Shown here: positions 1-11,802 of the stretch, piece after piece
Numbering within the stretch: position 1 is the stretch's first letter
How the letters are laid out: the number at the start of each line of letters is the position of its first letter
From: Chiloscyllium plagiosum
Lineage: Eukaryota
DNA length: 63,770 nt
NCBI RefSeq assembly: GCF_004010195.1
Contig: NC_057717.1
Location: 103,320,522-103,384,291 of the forward strand
Direction: 5' to 3'
Notes under the pieces: model-generated
What the model saw: the letters and a program-made list of their open reading frames with translations, nothing else
Database searches by the model: none
What the model was told of the DNA's origin: nothing
Position numbers and translations under genes: made by a program

Positions 1-226
1 CCGCCTCCATTTACTTATCACACTCTCAGCTATCTTCCCCTCCCAGCCCCACCCCCTCTCCCATTTATCTCTCCACCCCCTCAGCTCACAGCCTCATTCC
101 TGATGAAGGACTTTTGCCCAAAATGTTGATTCTCCTGCTCCTCGGATGCTGCCTGACCCTGCTGTGCTTTCCCAGCACCACACCCTCGACTCTAATCTCC
201 AGCATCTGCAGTCCTCACTTTCGCCT
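1..226 (+). mobile_element. Penelope-like element family A, 3' UTR and terminal repeat with degenerate hammerhead
   Basis: C-rich UTR followed by cattcCTGATGAaggacttttgcccAAAAtgttgatt and the family-A tail ...ctccagcatctgcagtcctcactttc. The same architecture follows the GIY-YIG remnant at 12830-13565. Confidence 0.7.
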
Positions 227-229
227 GTC

Positions 230-955
230 CTCATAAGACTACCCGTTCATTCTAGGTATCAATGTAAACCTACTCTGAACCATTTCCAATCCACTTATAC
301 CCTTGCTTGAACCAGGGGACCAAAACTGCACCTCGTAATTGAGATGCAGTCTCAGTACTGTAATATATAACTGAAGTGTAACATACTTACCTTTTATGTT
401 CAATTCCTCTCATGATAAAGAAGAGCGTTCCATTAGCCTTCTTACTTGCTTGCTATACTTGTGTACTCACTTTTTGTGATGCATATGCTAGAACACCTAG
501 ATCCCTCTGCACCATAGAATTCTGCAATTGCTTTTCTGTTTAAATAAAGCTCTTTTTATTTTATTCTGCATGCAAAAATGAACAACTTCACATTTTCCCA
601 CATTCCATTCCATCAGCCAAGTTTTTGCCACTCAGATCTATCTTTATCCAACTGCAAATTCCTTATGTCTTCTTCGCAATATAGTTTCTTGCTTACTTTT
701 GTGTAATCTGCAAACCTGGCTAACATGCTGCTACTCCCCTCATCTAAGTCATCATTATAAATTGTAAAAAGCCGAGGACCCTTCAGGACTTCACTCATCA
801 CATCCTGCAAATCTGGAAAAGAAAACTGCATACTCTCTGTTTTCTGCTACTCAGCCAATCCACTATCCATATGAATGTGTTACCACATTCACCATGAGCT
901 CCTCCTTTGTATTATGATGTGGCACATTGTCAAACGCCTTCTGGAAATTCAAGTG
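230..955 (-). mobile_element. Degenerate CR1-clade LINE ORF2 fragment
   Basis: Minus-strand translations include RLFTIYNDDLDEG..ARFADYTKV and LNFQKAFDNVPH, which are CR1 reverse-transcriptase motifs. Confidence 0.75.
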
Positions 956-957
956 CT

Positions 958-1266
958 TTAGCACTGCTGCCTCACAGCGCCGGAGACCCAGGTTCGATTC
1001 CAGCCTCAGGCAACCGTCTGTGTGGAGTTTGCACATTCTCCCCGTGTCTGCGTGGGTTTCCTCCGGGTGCTCCGGTTTCCTCCCACAGTCCAAAGTTGTG
1101 CAGATTAGGTGAATTGGCCATGCTTCATTGCCCATAGCGTTAGGTGAAGGGGTAAATGTAGGGGAATGGGTCTGGGGAGTTGCTCTTCGGATGGTCGGTG
1201 TGGACTTGTTGGGCCAAAGGGCCTGTTTCCACACTGTAAGTAATCTAATCTAATCTAATCTAATCT
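958..1266 (+). mobile_element. HE1-type V-SINE (tRNA-derived), 5'-truncated
   Basis: B-box GGTTCGATTCC, V-domain core gtgtggagtttgcacattctccccgtgtctgcgtgggtttcctccgggtgctccggtttcctcccaca, and a (TAATC)n tail. Confidence 0.85.
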
Positions 1267-1658
1267 GCAGGTTCCCCTTTATCCACTGCATATGTCCTTC
1301 TATCAAACAACTCTAGTAAATTGGTTAAATATAATTTCTTTAACATAAAACCAAGCTGAATCTTCTCAGTTTTTCTATAACTTCTCATATGTTTGATTCT
1401 AGCACCTTGCATTTTGTTGAGTCATTTGGGTAACATGTAACATTTTCTCAGATAGAATGAAATAAAAAAAGTCTTGAGAGTGGGAGAGCTGGATTGGATG
1501 TTGGAATGGACTTGGCTGGAGATTTGTGTGGTATATCTGAACAGTAAATATCGGACATTATTGGCAGAAGATAACAGTAGACGAGGTGGCAGCTCTTGAC
1601 ATAGATTTGGTGAAACTATGGATAGGAAGGGATTAAAAATATCATTTTTGACACTTGT

Positions 1659-1753
1659 CACTCCTCATGACCATTTACATATCGCTGTTCGTGACCGTTT
1701 ATATATCACTTCTCATGACCATTTATACATCACTGTTCATGATCAGTATACAT
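1659..1753. repeat. 24-bp minisatellite, about 4 copies
   Basis: cactcctcatgaccatttacatat / cgctgttcgtgaccgtttatatat / cacttctcatgaccatttatacat / cactgttcatgatcagtatacat. Confidence 0.8.
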
Positions 1754-2443
1754 CTTAAAGCAGTCAGTGAAGGACTTCTGAGGAGTGATTGCTTTGTAAT
1801 GTAGGAGACGTAGCATTCAATTTGTAGACAGTAAACTCCCCCCACAAACACCATGATATTAGCCAGGGCTTTGTGTGATGTTAATGGAGGGGGTTGATAT
1901 TAACCAGCATGAATCCCTGCTCTTGCTTTCAACAATTGTAGTGGGATCTTTGACATCCACCTGGGCTGGAAAATGCAGTCTCTCGCCTATCAGACATCTG
2001 GGTGCACTATAAGGAAAGTACAGATCCAACAGACACCAATCCCTGAGTAGATCAGGGAAATTGAAGGGTTCTAATAGAAGAGGAGATGTGGCACAGGGAG
2101 AGACGTCAATATTAATTGACACCTTCTGAGAGCAAGTCAATAAAGTCATGTTTAACTGTTTGTTTACAGTGAGTTTATCGGTATATCTTATCGACAGAAC
2201 ACTGAATTGTTCACTGTCAGCCTCTGTTGGCTTCTTAGACTTGGAGGGGAACAGGAATTAGTTAAGATTGTGAAAGCAAGTATCATCCCATTGTTTGAAG
2301 CTGAGAAAATGAGCTTGACATGTGCTTCTCACTATTTAACATGAAGTCCACTTCATTTTAAATTTTGCTTCTTCCAGCCCTCTCCTTTGCTACGTCCTGA
2401 ACATTGTCCCCTGCTCCTTGAGCATAGTAGTGGTTTCATTCAG

Positions 2444-2762
2444 GTGGCATGGTGGTTCAGTGGCTAACTCTGCTGCCTCACAGCACCAGGGAGCCAGGTT
2501 CAATTCCACTGTCAAATGACTGTCTGTGTGGTGTTTGCACATTCTCCCCATGTCTGCATGAGTTTCCTTCGGTTTCCTCCCACAGACCAAAGATGTGCAG
2601 GTTAGCTCCACTGACCATGCTAAACTGCCCATAGTATCCAGGGATGTGCTGGCTAGGTGGATTAGCCATGGGAGGTACAGGGTTACAGGGATAGGGTGGG
2701 ATGTTCTTTGGATGGTCAGTGTAGTCTTGATGGGCTAAATGACCCGCCTTTAGGAATTCTGT
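2444..2762 (+). mobile_element. HE1-type V-SINE
   Basis: tRNA-like head (TGGTTCAGTGG...GGTTCAATTCC) followed by the V-domain; homologous to 958-1266. Confidence 0.8.
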
Positions 2763-3324
2763 GAGATCTGTGTGATGTCATTGCATTGGAGAAGATATCG
2801 ATGTGATTTAGCATAAAGGAGGATTGACGAAATGCTAGAATCACAACGATGGTTGAAGCTTATAAAGAGGCCATTTGGCCCTTCCTGTCAATGCCAGTCC
2901 TCTGAAGGAGCAAAACATGCAATGCTGTGGGGGGAAGGGGGACAGAAATGGTTCAGACACTTATGCCCATTAATGCATAAATATCTCCTTTTTTTATATT
3001 CACTCATGAGACATGGATCTCATTGGCTGGGCCAGAATTTATTGCCTGTCCCTCGTTGCCCTTGAGAAGGTGGTGGTGAGCTGCCTTCTTGAACTGCTGC
3101 AGTCCAATTGCCATGAGGGATTTTTGCGCATGGAAGTCTCACATTTTGCTTAATGCAGGGAATTTGTGACTTTATATTTGGGATCTTGCAATAATGCATT
3201 ATTATTTTCATTTGTTAGTTTTGGTATCTAGAGCTGGTTGCCAGACCAAATGGGTGGACATCTAGGGTCTTGCCAATTGGTGTGGTATCATTGACGCTGA
3301 ATCCCAACAGTAAAAGAGCCAAAT

Positions 3325-3520
3325 AAAAGAACAAAATCTCAGCAGGTCTGGCAGCATCTACGGAGACTGCAGAAGAAAGTTAATGTTTCGAGTCTCATTT
3401 GAGTCTTTTTCTGACTCAAAACATTAACTCTGCTTTTCTTGCTCCACAAACACTGCCAGACCTGCTGAGTTTCTATAGCACTTCCTCCTTCCAGCATCCG
3501 CAGTACTTTGATTTTTGTAA
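3325..3520. mobile_element. PLE family C fold-back (inverted terminal-repeat) unit, degenerate
   Basis: ctcagcaggtctggcagcat...gttaatgtttcgagtc is followed by its inverted counterpart gactcaaaacattaactctg...ctgccagacctgctgagtt. Confidence 0.65.
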
Positions 3521-3825
3521 AACTAAAGATTTGTACGATGCATCGAATTATATAACTCCGAGAACCTCTGGGTCAGGAGACCCGGATTCAAGTCCCACCT
3601 GCTCCAGAGGTGTGTACTGACACCCCTGAACCAGTAGGTTGGAAATATCCACAGCTCTGAGTTTGCAATTTCAGATTGCAGTGTCACGTTGACACCTTGA
3701 AGCTATTCCTCAATTACCTTCAGGTTAGGGAGTGATTTACAAAGAAGCACAAATAAGTGAAAAAAGTTCATGAATGCAAATAGTGACAAGACCCAATTAT
3801 TTAACTGCTTCCATAATTCTATACG

Positions 3826-6200
3826 GTATAGGAGCAACATTAGGCCATTCAGCCCATCAAGTCTGCTTCACCATTTGATCATGACTGATATGTTTCTCAA
3901 CCCCATTCTCCTGCCTTCTCCCTGTAACCCTTCATCTCCGTACTAATTAAGAACCTATCTATCTCTGTCTTAAAGACACTCAATAATTTGGCCTCTACAG
4001 CCTTCTGCAGCAATGAGTTCCACACATCAGCCACCCTCTGGCTAAAGAAATTCCTCCTCGTTTCAGTTCTAAAGGGTTGTCTGTTCACTCTGAGGCTGTG
4101 CCCTCACGTCCTAGTCTCTCCCACTAATAGAGACATCTTCTCCACATCCAGGTCTCTTAGTATTCTGTAAGTTTCAATCAGATTCTCCCTCACCCTTCTA
4201 AACTCTATTGAGTATAGACTCAGAGTCCTCAAACTCTCCTCATATGGCAAGCCCTTTATCCCCAGGATCATTCTTGTAAACTTCCTGTGGACCTTCTCCA
4301 ATGCCAGCGCATCATTCGTTCAATACAGAGCCCAAAGCCGCTCACAATATTTCAAATGTGGTCTGACCAGAGCCTTATACAGCCTCAGCAGTACATCACT
4401 GGTCTTGTATTCTAGGTCTCTTGAAATGAATGCCAACATTGCATTTGCCTTCCCAACTGCCAACTGAACCTGCATATAAAGAATCATGAACAAGAACTCC
4501 CAAGTCCCTTTGAACATCAGATTTCTGAGACCTTTCCCCGTTTAGAAAATTGTCAGCACCTCTGTTCGTCCTGCCAGAATGTATAATCCCACACTTGCCC
4601 ATATTGTGCTCCATCTCTCACGTTTTTGCCTACTCTCTCGGCCTGTCTAAGTCCTTCTACAGCCTCCCCACTTCCTCCACCAGTCTGTCCCTCCACCTTT
4701 TTTGTGTCATCTGAAAACTTAGCAACAATGCCTCAGTCCCTTTATACAGATCGCTAGCGTGAATAGTTGTGGTCCCAATACTGACGCCTGCAAAACTCCA
4801 CTAGCCACTGGCTGCCATCTTGAAAAAGACCCTTTTATCTCCACTCTCTGCCTACTGCCAGTCAGCCATCTGCTATCCATGTTAGTACCTTTCCATTAAC
4901 ATCATGGGCTCTTACTCTATCAACAGCCTCCTGTGCCGCACCTTTACAAAGACCTTATCCAAATAAATCATGTTCACAGGCTCACCTTTGTCTAACTTGA
5001 TCATTGCCTTCTGAAAGAATTCCAGCAGATTTGTCAGGCATGACCTCTCCTTGACAAAGCTGTGTTGAGTCAGCCCTACTTCACCACGCATTTCCAAGTA
5101 CTCTGCAATCCCATCCTTAATAATGAACTCTAAAATCTTACCAACGAGTGAGGTCAGCCTAGGCGAAAGTGAGGACTGCAGATGCTGGAAACTAGAGTTT
5201 AGATCAGAGTAATGCTAGAAAAGCACAGCAGGTCAGGCAGCATCCGAGGAGCAGGAAAATCAATATTTCAGGCAAAAGCCCTTCACCAGGAATAGAGGCC
5301 TAACCAGCCTATAGTTTCCAGTCTTCCAGCCTCCCTCCCATCTTAAACAGGGTGTTACATTAGCCATTTTCCAGTCCTCTGGGGCCCTCCCCAACTCCAC
5401 TGATTCCTGAAAGATCACCACCAATTCCTCTACAATCTCCTCAGTTATCTCCTTCAGAACCCTGGGGCATAGTCCTTCTGATCTGGGTGATTTATCCACC
5501 TTCAGACTTTTCAGCTTCCCCGGCACCTCCTCCTTAGTGATGGCCGTCACACTCACCTCCTCCCCTTAATACGTTTCCCCTTCCTTGGGATGAATTGCTG
5601 CTGTGCTTCTGAATTGCCCCTAGAAACTCCTGCCATAGCTGCTCCATTGTCTTGCCTGTTCGGGCCCCCTTCCAGTCAACTCTGGTCAGCTCCTTCCTCA
5701 CATCTTTGTAGCTCCCTTTACTCAATTGCAATACCACTACATCTGATTCCAACTTCTCCCTCTCAGGCCGTAGGGTGAAGTCTATCATATTATGGTCACT
5801 GCTCCCTAGGGGTTCCTTCACCTTCAGCTCCCCATCATTACGCATCACTAATCCAGATTTGCCTGTTCCCTAGTGGGCTCTATCATAATCTGCTCCAATA
5901 ATAACCTTCTCCTATACATTTCACAAATTCATTTTCTTGAGATCCACACCAACCTGGTTCTCCCAGTCCATCTGCATATTGACGTCCCCACGATTAATGT
6001 AACGCTGCCTTTCTTACTTGTTTTCCTGCCTCCTGAACTATTTTCTCCCCCATGTCCTGACTATAGCTAAGAGGCCTGTACACAACTCCCATTCGGTTTC
6101 CTTTATCCCCTTGCAGTTTCTCAACTCCACCCACACAGATTTTGACCCTCCATCGCTTCTTGCTCTTGATTTAATTTCATTTCTTGCTAACGAGACAAGG
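3826..6200 (-). mobile_element. CR1-clade LINE, about 2.3 kb fragment of ORF2 and 3' end
   Basis: Successive minus-strand ORF pieces: LGSSDHNMIDF, LKVDKSP..PRVLKE, QHSFVKERSCLTNLLEFF, LYKALVRPHLKYC, RRNFFSQRVADVWNSL. Interrupted at 5161-5293. Confidence 0.9.
5161..5293 (-). mobile_element. PLE family A solo terminal repeat nested in CR1
   Basis: aaagtgaggactgcagatgctgg...caatatttcaggcaaaagcccttcaccaggaat, the reverse complement of the hammerhead-bearing repeat. Confidence 0.75.
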
Positions 6201-6556
6201 CCTCTTTTAATTTGGATTGGTTTGTCCCGCAATGCATCTTATGCAGCAAAAGCAAAGGAAAAATATGGATTTTCCCTGGATCAATTGTTGACCTTTAGCA
6301 TTTTTCCTGCTTGAAATGTTGCCTGAGGAAAATAAAATGGCATAATGTGTTTCAGTGCAGCTGGAATTAGCAAATCTTCATGCTGTTTGATTTAAATCAA
6401 TACCAGAGGGCTGATTTCAGCTATGAAGTTAATTTTAATTCTAAACCGACTGAAGGAAGCCACAACAGTTGCACAAACCTGCCAAGCAAGCCTTACCTTG
6501 GCAAGTGATCCAATTGTCACTGCAGCACTCCCTGCATCTTCCAGTCCTACACACCT

Positions 6557-6912
6557 CATAGAGTCATAGAGATGTACAGCATGGAAACAGACCCTTCGGT
6601 GCAACCCGTCCATGCTGAACCAGATATCCCAACCCAATCTAGTCCCACCTGCTAGCACCCAGCCCATATCCCTCCAAACCCTTCCTATTCATATACCCAT
6701 CCAGATGCCTTTTAAATGTTGCAATTGTACCAGCCTCCACCACTTCCTCTGGCAGCTCATTCCATACACGCACCACCCTCTGTGTGAAAAAGTTGCCCCT
6801 TTGATCTCTTTTATATCTTTCCCCTCTCACCTTAAACCTATGCCCTCTAGTTCTGGAGTCCCCATCCCAGGGAAAAGACTTTGTCCATTTACCCTATCCA
6901 TGCCCCTCATAC
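6557..6912 (-). mobile_element. HER1/CR1 LINE 3' end
   Basis: RGERYKRDQRGNFFTQRVVRVWNELPEEVVEAGTIATFKRHLDGYM plus the catagagtcatagag tail. Confidence 0.85.
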
Positions 6913-7949
6913 TTTTGTGGTCTCCCTGGGCTACCTCCTTACGTCTGGTCTCTGATTCCCATGAACCCCGCCAGTTGTTGTGGTCTCAACCAAGACCCTG
7001 AGCTTTGAGGTTCCTTTGGTCAACCCCTCTGCCCTCTCTGACTTATCCTCGTTTAAGATGAGCTAGGTGCTGAAAGTCTCCCTTCTCCCTTGTGAACACA
7101 GGACACATCTAGCACAGAGATGTGGAGAAATTTCCTCACTCAGACAGTTGTAAATCTTTGGAATTCTCAAATGGAAAGGACTGTGAGCGCCTCACCATTG
7201 AGTACGTTCAAAACTCGGACAGATTGTTGGGGTTCCAGTGCTACGAGGGCTATATGGGAGTTGACAGGAAAGTTGCATCCAGTTCAAAGGTCAGCTGTGG
7301 AGGAGCAGATTTGATGTGTTCTGTGCTCCCTCTTCGATTTCTTTCGTTCTTTCACCAGGCTGCTGACTAATTTCATAGTTCGAAACAAGTGTCAATACAA
7401 TCAGGATTAAGGCACTTCAGTCTCATGATGTTGTCTAAGGTAATGATTCTGAAAGGTTCATGTTTGAGCTCTGCCATACTCTGCCCGTTCCAATGGTGCC
7501 ACCCTGCCTCTGGATGTTGAATGAGCTGGAGTCTGTCACAGTCTCTTAATGGAGGTGTGTATATAGAATATAGAACATAGAACATAGAAGAATACATCGC
7601 AGTACAGGCCCTTTGGCCCTCGATGTTGCGCCGATCCAAGCCCACCTAACCTACACTAGCCCACTTTCCTCCATATGCCTATCCATATGTGCCCTCTCTA
7701 CTTCTGGTTAGAGATAGCAAAAATGTCAAAGAGTTTGTATATTGATATTTTCTAAGCAGCCTGTTCAGAGGTGGTATTACGCAGTCCTGGAGCAGGTGGA
7801 AATTGAACCTGGCCCTCCTGGCTCAGAGGGAGGGACTGTACCATTGCAACACAGGAGCCCCTTTAAAGTGTTCATGTATACAATTGCTGATAAACCACAT
7901 CCTGTCAGCAAGGTCAAAAGCCTCTCTGTATAGACTTGCTGTTTCTTAA

Positions 7950-8262
7950 GTCATTCATGGGATGAGGGCATCACTGGCTGAGCCCAGTATTTATTGCCCA
8001 TCCCAGAGGGCAGTTCAAAGTCAACCACCTTGCTGTGGGTCTGGAGTCACATGGAGGCCAGACCAGGTAAGGATGGCCGTTTCCTTCCTTGAAGTACATT
8101 AGTGAACCGGATGGGCTTTTCCAAAAATTGACAATGGATTCATGGTCATCATTAGACCTTACTTCCAGATTGTTAGTGAATTCAAATTCCACCATCTGAC
8201 CTGACAGGATCCAAATCTGAGTCCCCAGAACATTAAGTTGGTGTCTGGTTTAAAATGCCACT
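7950..8262 (-). mobile_element. Second tRNA-derived SINE family (CR1-like tail)
   Basis: Homologous copies at 34445-34770 (+), 59000-59310 (-), 60200-60670 (+) and 62810-62945 (-), all sharing the core ggtctggagtcacatgtaggccagacca. Confidence 0.7.
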
Positions 8263-8650
8263 GAAAATAAGATTGGGTCCATCCTCCACCACATCATTGA
8301 TTGGCATTAGAGAGGGGAGTGGTGGCAGCTCTCTCCCCAGCCTCAGTACTGCAGTAGTTGGCACCCAGGCATCACATCCTTCAGGACATGGTGCATGGAA
8401 GTGTAGATTAGCAGACTCACATAACCCAATCAGAGAAGCTGCATTCAGTTTCCTCAAAGTAGAGAAGGTGAGGAGGGGTGGGTGGGGGAGCTGTTCAAAA
8501 ATTAAGAAAGGTTTTGAAAAAGTAATTTTGCAAGTGGATTGCTCACCAGTGGGCACAGCTTTGACTGTCAAAGAACCACAGTGAAGGCACAGCGACAGAA
8601 ATCGCTGGAAAAGCTCAGCAGATCTGGCAGCACCTGTGAAGAGAAATCAG

Positions 8651-8686
8651 AGTTAACGTTTCGGTTCCAGTGACCCTTCCTCAGAA
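8651..8686 (-). ncRNA. Minimal type-I hammerhead ribozyme motif, family C
   Basis: Reverse complement is ttCTGAGGAagggtcactggaaccGAAAcgTTaact: core boxes intact, one mismatch in stem II. Confidence 0.6.
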
Positions 8687-8974
8687 TGGATGGGAGCTGG
8701 GAAACAGTTGTCTTTTTTAATGCAGAAGATAGGCTGGGGGAGAGGGGCTAGGAGTAAACGATAGGTGGCAATAGAGCCCAAGAGAGAGAAGAACAGATTG
8801 ACCCACAAAGTAGTGGAAAACTATCAGCCTGGGAGAATGAGTAGCTGCTAATGGGGACTATTTGTGGTTAACAATGTGGTGGAGGTGGGTACTGCAGGTG
8901 CTGGAGATTAGAGTCAAGATCAGAGTGATGCTGGAAAAGCACAACAGGTCAGGCAGCATCCAAGAAGCAGGAAA

Positions 8975-9009
8975 ATCAACGTTTCGGGCAAAAGCCCTTC
9001 ATCAGGAAT
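8975..9009 (-). ncRNA. Minimal type-I hammerhead ribozyme motif, family A
   Basis: Reverse complement is attcCTGATGAa-gggc-tttt-gccc-GAAA-cg-TT-gat: intact core, 4-bp stem II, ACGT palindromic stem III. Confidence 0.7.
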
Positions 9010-10184
9010 GTGTTGCATATAATAACAGACCATGTGATAATATGCCTGGTGTGTGGGGTTTGGGGTAAGGACAAGGGAGAAGGCGCCTCAAACCCTACAA
9101 TTATTGAACTCGATATTGAGTCCAGAAGGCTATAGAGTTCCCAAGTTGAAAATGAGGTGCTGTTCTTCCAACTTACGCTGAGCTGCGATGGAGCGTTGCA
9201 GTAAGCCTGAGACAGAGATGTTGGCCAGGGAACAGGGTGGGGAGGACTGCAGATGCTGGAGATCAGAGTCCAGAGTGTGGTGCTGGAAAAGCACAGCAGG
9301 TCAGGCAGCATCCCAGGTGAAAGTGAGGTCTGCAGTCCTCCCAACATGACCACTGTGAAGGTGTGGTATTGTTTTCAAACACTAGAATGGAAGCTGAGTC
9401 AGTCGTTACCTTCGAAAGGCAACTGGGTTAAGTAACAGGAAAAGGGCCAGGTCACGTGGGACTAATTGGATAGCTCTTTCACAGTCACGATGGGGTGAAT
9501 GGCCTCATCCACCTCCCCCCACACCCCTGGTGCTGTCAGACTCTCTGCTTTGAGGAGAAACCAGCAATCAGCATATCGAAGGTTGCTGCTTTTAGCAGGC
9601 TCTGTTCAGTTCCCAAACTGCGATGTAGATCTCCTCGAGGGAGAAGAATAATCTCAGCTTTTTCAAGAAAACAAGACTGTGAAACCCTGGAAGATAAACA
9701 AGCCCACGCTTCAGGACATTAAACTAATATTATTCAAACTTGACCTATTGTGTTCCACAGATGGCAGCCTCAGAGGCTCAGTCAAACGTGGTTGAAGTCG
9801 GCTGAATACATGATCACTAATATGAATCATTATCCTTCAAACTTTTCATCGTTGCCATAACCAAACAATCTAATGCGATTTTACCGAGAGCTTATTGACA
9901 TTGCACTGAGTTTGATTAGTGACATCTCTACATATTTGGTAGAGCAGAAATTTCTCTAATCCTGTAATCCTAAATTTAATTTAGCTAAACATTATTCAAC
10001 TTAAATAGTGATTGCATTTTAAACTAAATAACCTTTATCTAAATTAAACTGGAATTACTGGATGCAAACATATCACAGGTGATACTGGATATTTGAAGAA
10101 CGTTGCTCTATCGCACAGCAGATGGGTCCTGCCAAGAGGACAGACATACCTATCCCTCCTCTCTCTCACTGTCGTTGACTGCTT

Positions 10185-10385
10185 GGTGTGTCGGTTAGCT
10201 CAGTTGGCTTGATGGCTGCTTTGTAATTATAGTATGAGGCCAAAGCAAGGGTTCAATCCCTGCATCAGTTGAGGTTAACAAGAAGGGCTTTACTTCTCAA
10301 CTGCTCCCCTCCCCTGAGGCATGGTCACTCTCCCTCAAATGAGAGGTCAGCCCTACACTTCATTAGGACTATGGCAACTTTATCT
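10185..10385 (+). mobile_element. tRNA-derived SINE (third family)
   Basis: A-box TAGCTCAGTTGG and B-box GGTTCAATCC followed by a non-tRNA body; no full cloverleaf. Confidence 0.55.
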
Positions 10386-10429
10386 ATTCGGTGAGCCTTG
10401 GTTTAGCCTCTTCGAGTTCAATCCACAAA

Positions 10430-10955
10430 CTCTAGCACATAGTCAAGGCTGGCATGTCACTGGGGGAGAGCTGCCAAAGGTGCTGTATTTCAAGTTGAGA
10501 CATTAAACTGAGGCTCTGAAAAGATCCCATGATGCTCTATTCACTGAGCAGAAAGGGCGAGTTCTGATATTTACCCCTCAATCAATATTACTTCTAATTC
10601 CAGTATCATCACATACCTTTGCTGTCCCTTTGGGGGAACAGTTGAGACGTTATGGAAGGGTTCACAGTCCAATTGAGCCATTTATATGAATGCTTCCTCT
10701 CCAGCCAACAAGCCCTGGTGGAGACTTGAACCTGGAGCTTTCACGCTGCCACACAACTTCCACTTCTTGGTCTTGTTGAAGCAAACAGATAATCTGGTTG
10801 TTAGCACATAGCTGTTTGTGGGAGCATAAACGGGCTGCTGCATTTCCTACCTTACAACAGTGCCTACACTTCTAAATGTCTTCACCGGCAGGAAAACGAT
10901 TCGGGAATTGCTGAGGTTGCAAAAGGTGCTACATGAATGTAAATGCAGACTTTTC
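10430..10955 (+). mobile_element. Old DeuSINE-like (SacSINE1/AmnSINE1-like) remnant
   Basis: Recognisable segments tgagacattaaactgagg...aaagatcccatg...atatttacccctcaatcaa...gctgtttgtgggag...tttcctaccttacaacagtgcctacacttc...aaaggtgcta..aaatgca. Similar remnants lie near 1760-1990, 21170-21340 and 33150-33540. Confidence 0.55.
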
Positions 10956-11035
10956 CTTCAATACCTGCCACCGCCGATGATCTCTAGGAGCTCCCGCTGA
11001 GATGCTTTGCTTTAAAACTGGCACGGCCTGGGAGA

Positions 11036-11293
11036 GGAGGAAGCGAGGGCTGCAGTTGCTGGAGATCAGAGTCGAGATGTTCCTCTTACAGACCGTGTGG
11101 TGCTGGGAAAGCACAGCAGGTCAGGCAGCATCCGAGGAGCAGGAGAATCGACGTTTCAGGCATAAGCCTTTCATCAGGAATCGATGGCCTACTGATGAAG
11201 CGCTTATTCCCGAAACGTCGATTCTCCTGCTCCTCGGATGCTGCCTGACCTGCTGTGCTTTCCCAGCACCACACGGTCTGTAAGAGGAACATC
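11036..11293. mobile_element. PLE family A fold-back unit with perfect 82-bp arms
   Basis: 11076-11157 is the exact reverse complement of 11212-11293, and the ORF track shows the same peptide on both strands. Hammerhead boxes face each other in the loop. Confidence 0.85.
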
Positions 11294-11802
11294 AGTGCCA
11301 GCTCAATCAGATGCCAATTTTCCAAATATCCCTCCCTGTATGGGGCCTTCCTCAAATTGGCCTCTCCCTGGCCAAAATTGGTGAGTCTCCCTTTGGAGGA
11401 ATAGCCAGATTTATCTTCTCACTCCATGGCACAGCTCAGAGGAATTCCAGTACAGCAGGAGGGGGTTAAACCTTTTGGGGGCTGTCTCAATGCCAACTGT
11501 CTCAGTTGAGCTGTTGATCCTCATCTGCCTTTTGCTTTCTTTACAAATTCACTTTCATCAACCTATTCCCAGGTGGTTCAGGTAATGCATTAATAAACAT
11601 TCCAATGAAAAAGGAATCCACTCCTCTTCCCCACTACATCTGTCGAAGTAACGTAGGGAATTGGCTGTGTCCATTTCTTTCTCCATCGGACAGAAGGAGA
11701 CCCTCAGACTTGGTTCCTAGTACAATGAGTCAACCCAGTGCCTCAGACAATTTGTCCATTGATATGGGGTAAACCTATTCCTGTCACAACTCCCTGCGTG
11801 TT

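Larger units (their letters stand above)
8586..9240 (-). mobile_element. PLE family C 3' fragment (GIY-YIG C-terminus, UTR, hammerhead terminal repeat)
   Basis: Minus strand reads PCSLANISVSGLLQRSIAAQRKLEEQHLIFNLGTL*PSGLNIEFNN, a PLE GIY-YIG C-terminal motif. The terminal repeat lies at about 8586-8690. A family-A repeat interrupts it at about 8882-9009. Confidence 0.8.

Noticed and set aside
10185..10270. tRNA gene (also the heads at 958, 2444 and 43960)
   Set aside because: A/B boxes are present, but there is no complete cloverleaf and each continues into a SINE body.
11036..11293. DNA-transposon MITE or pre-miRNA interpretation of the fold-back units
   Set aside because: The arms are asymmetric, TSD lengths vary, and the same sequence terminates GIY-YIG-bearing retroelement fragments. 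miRNA status would need small-RNA data.
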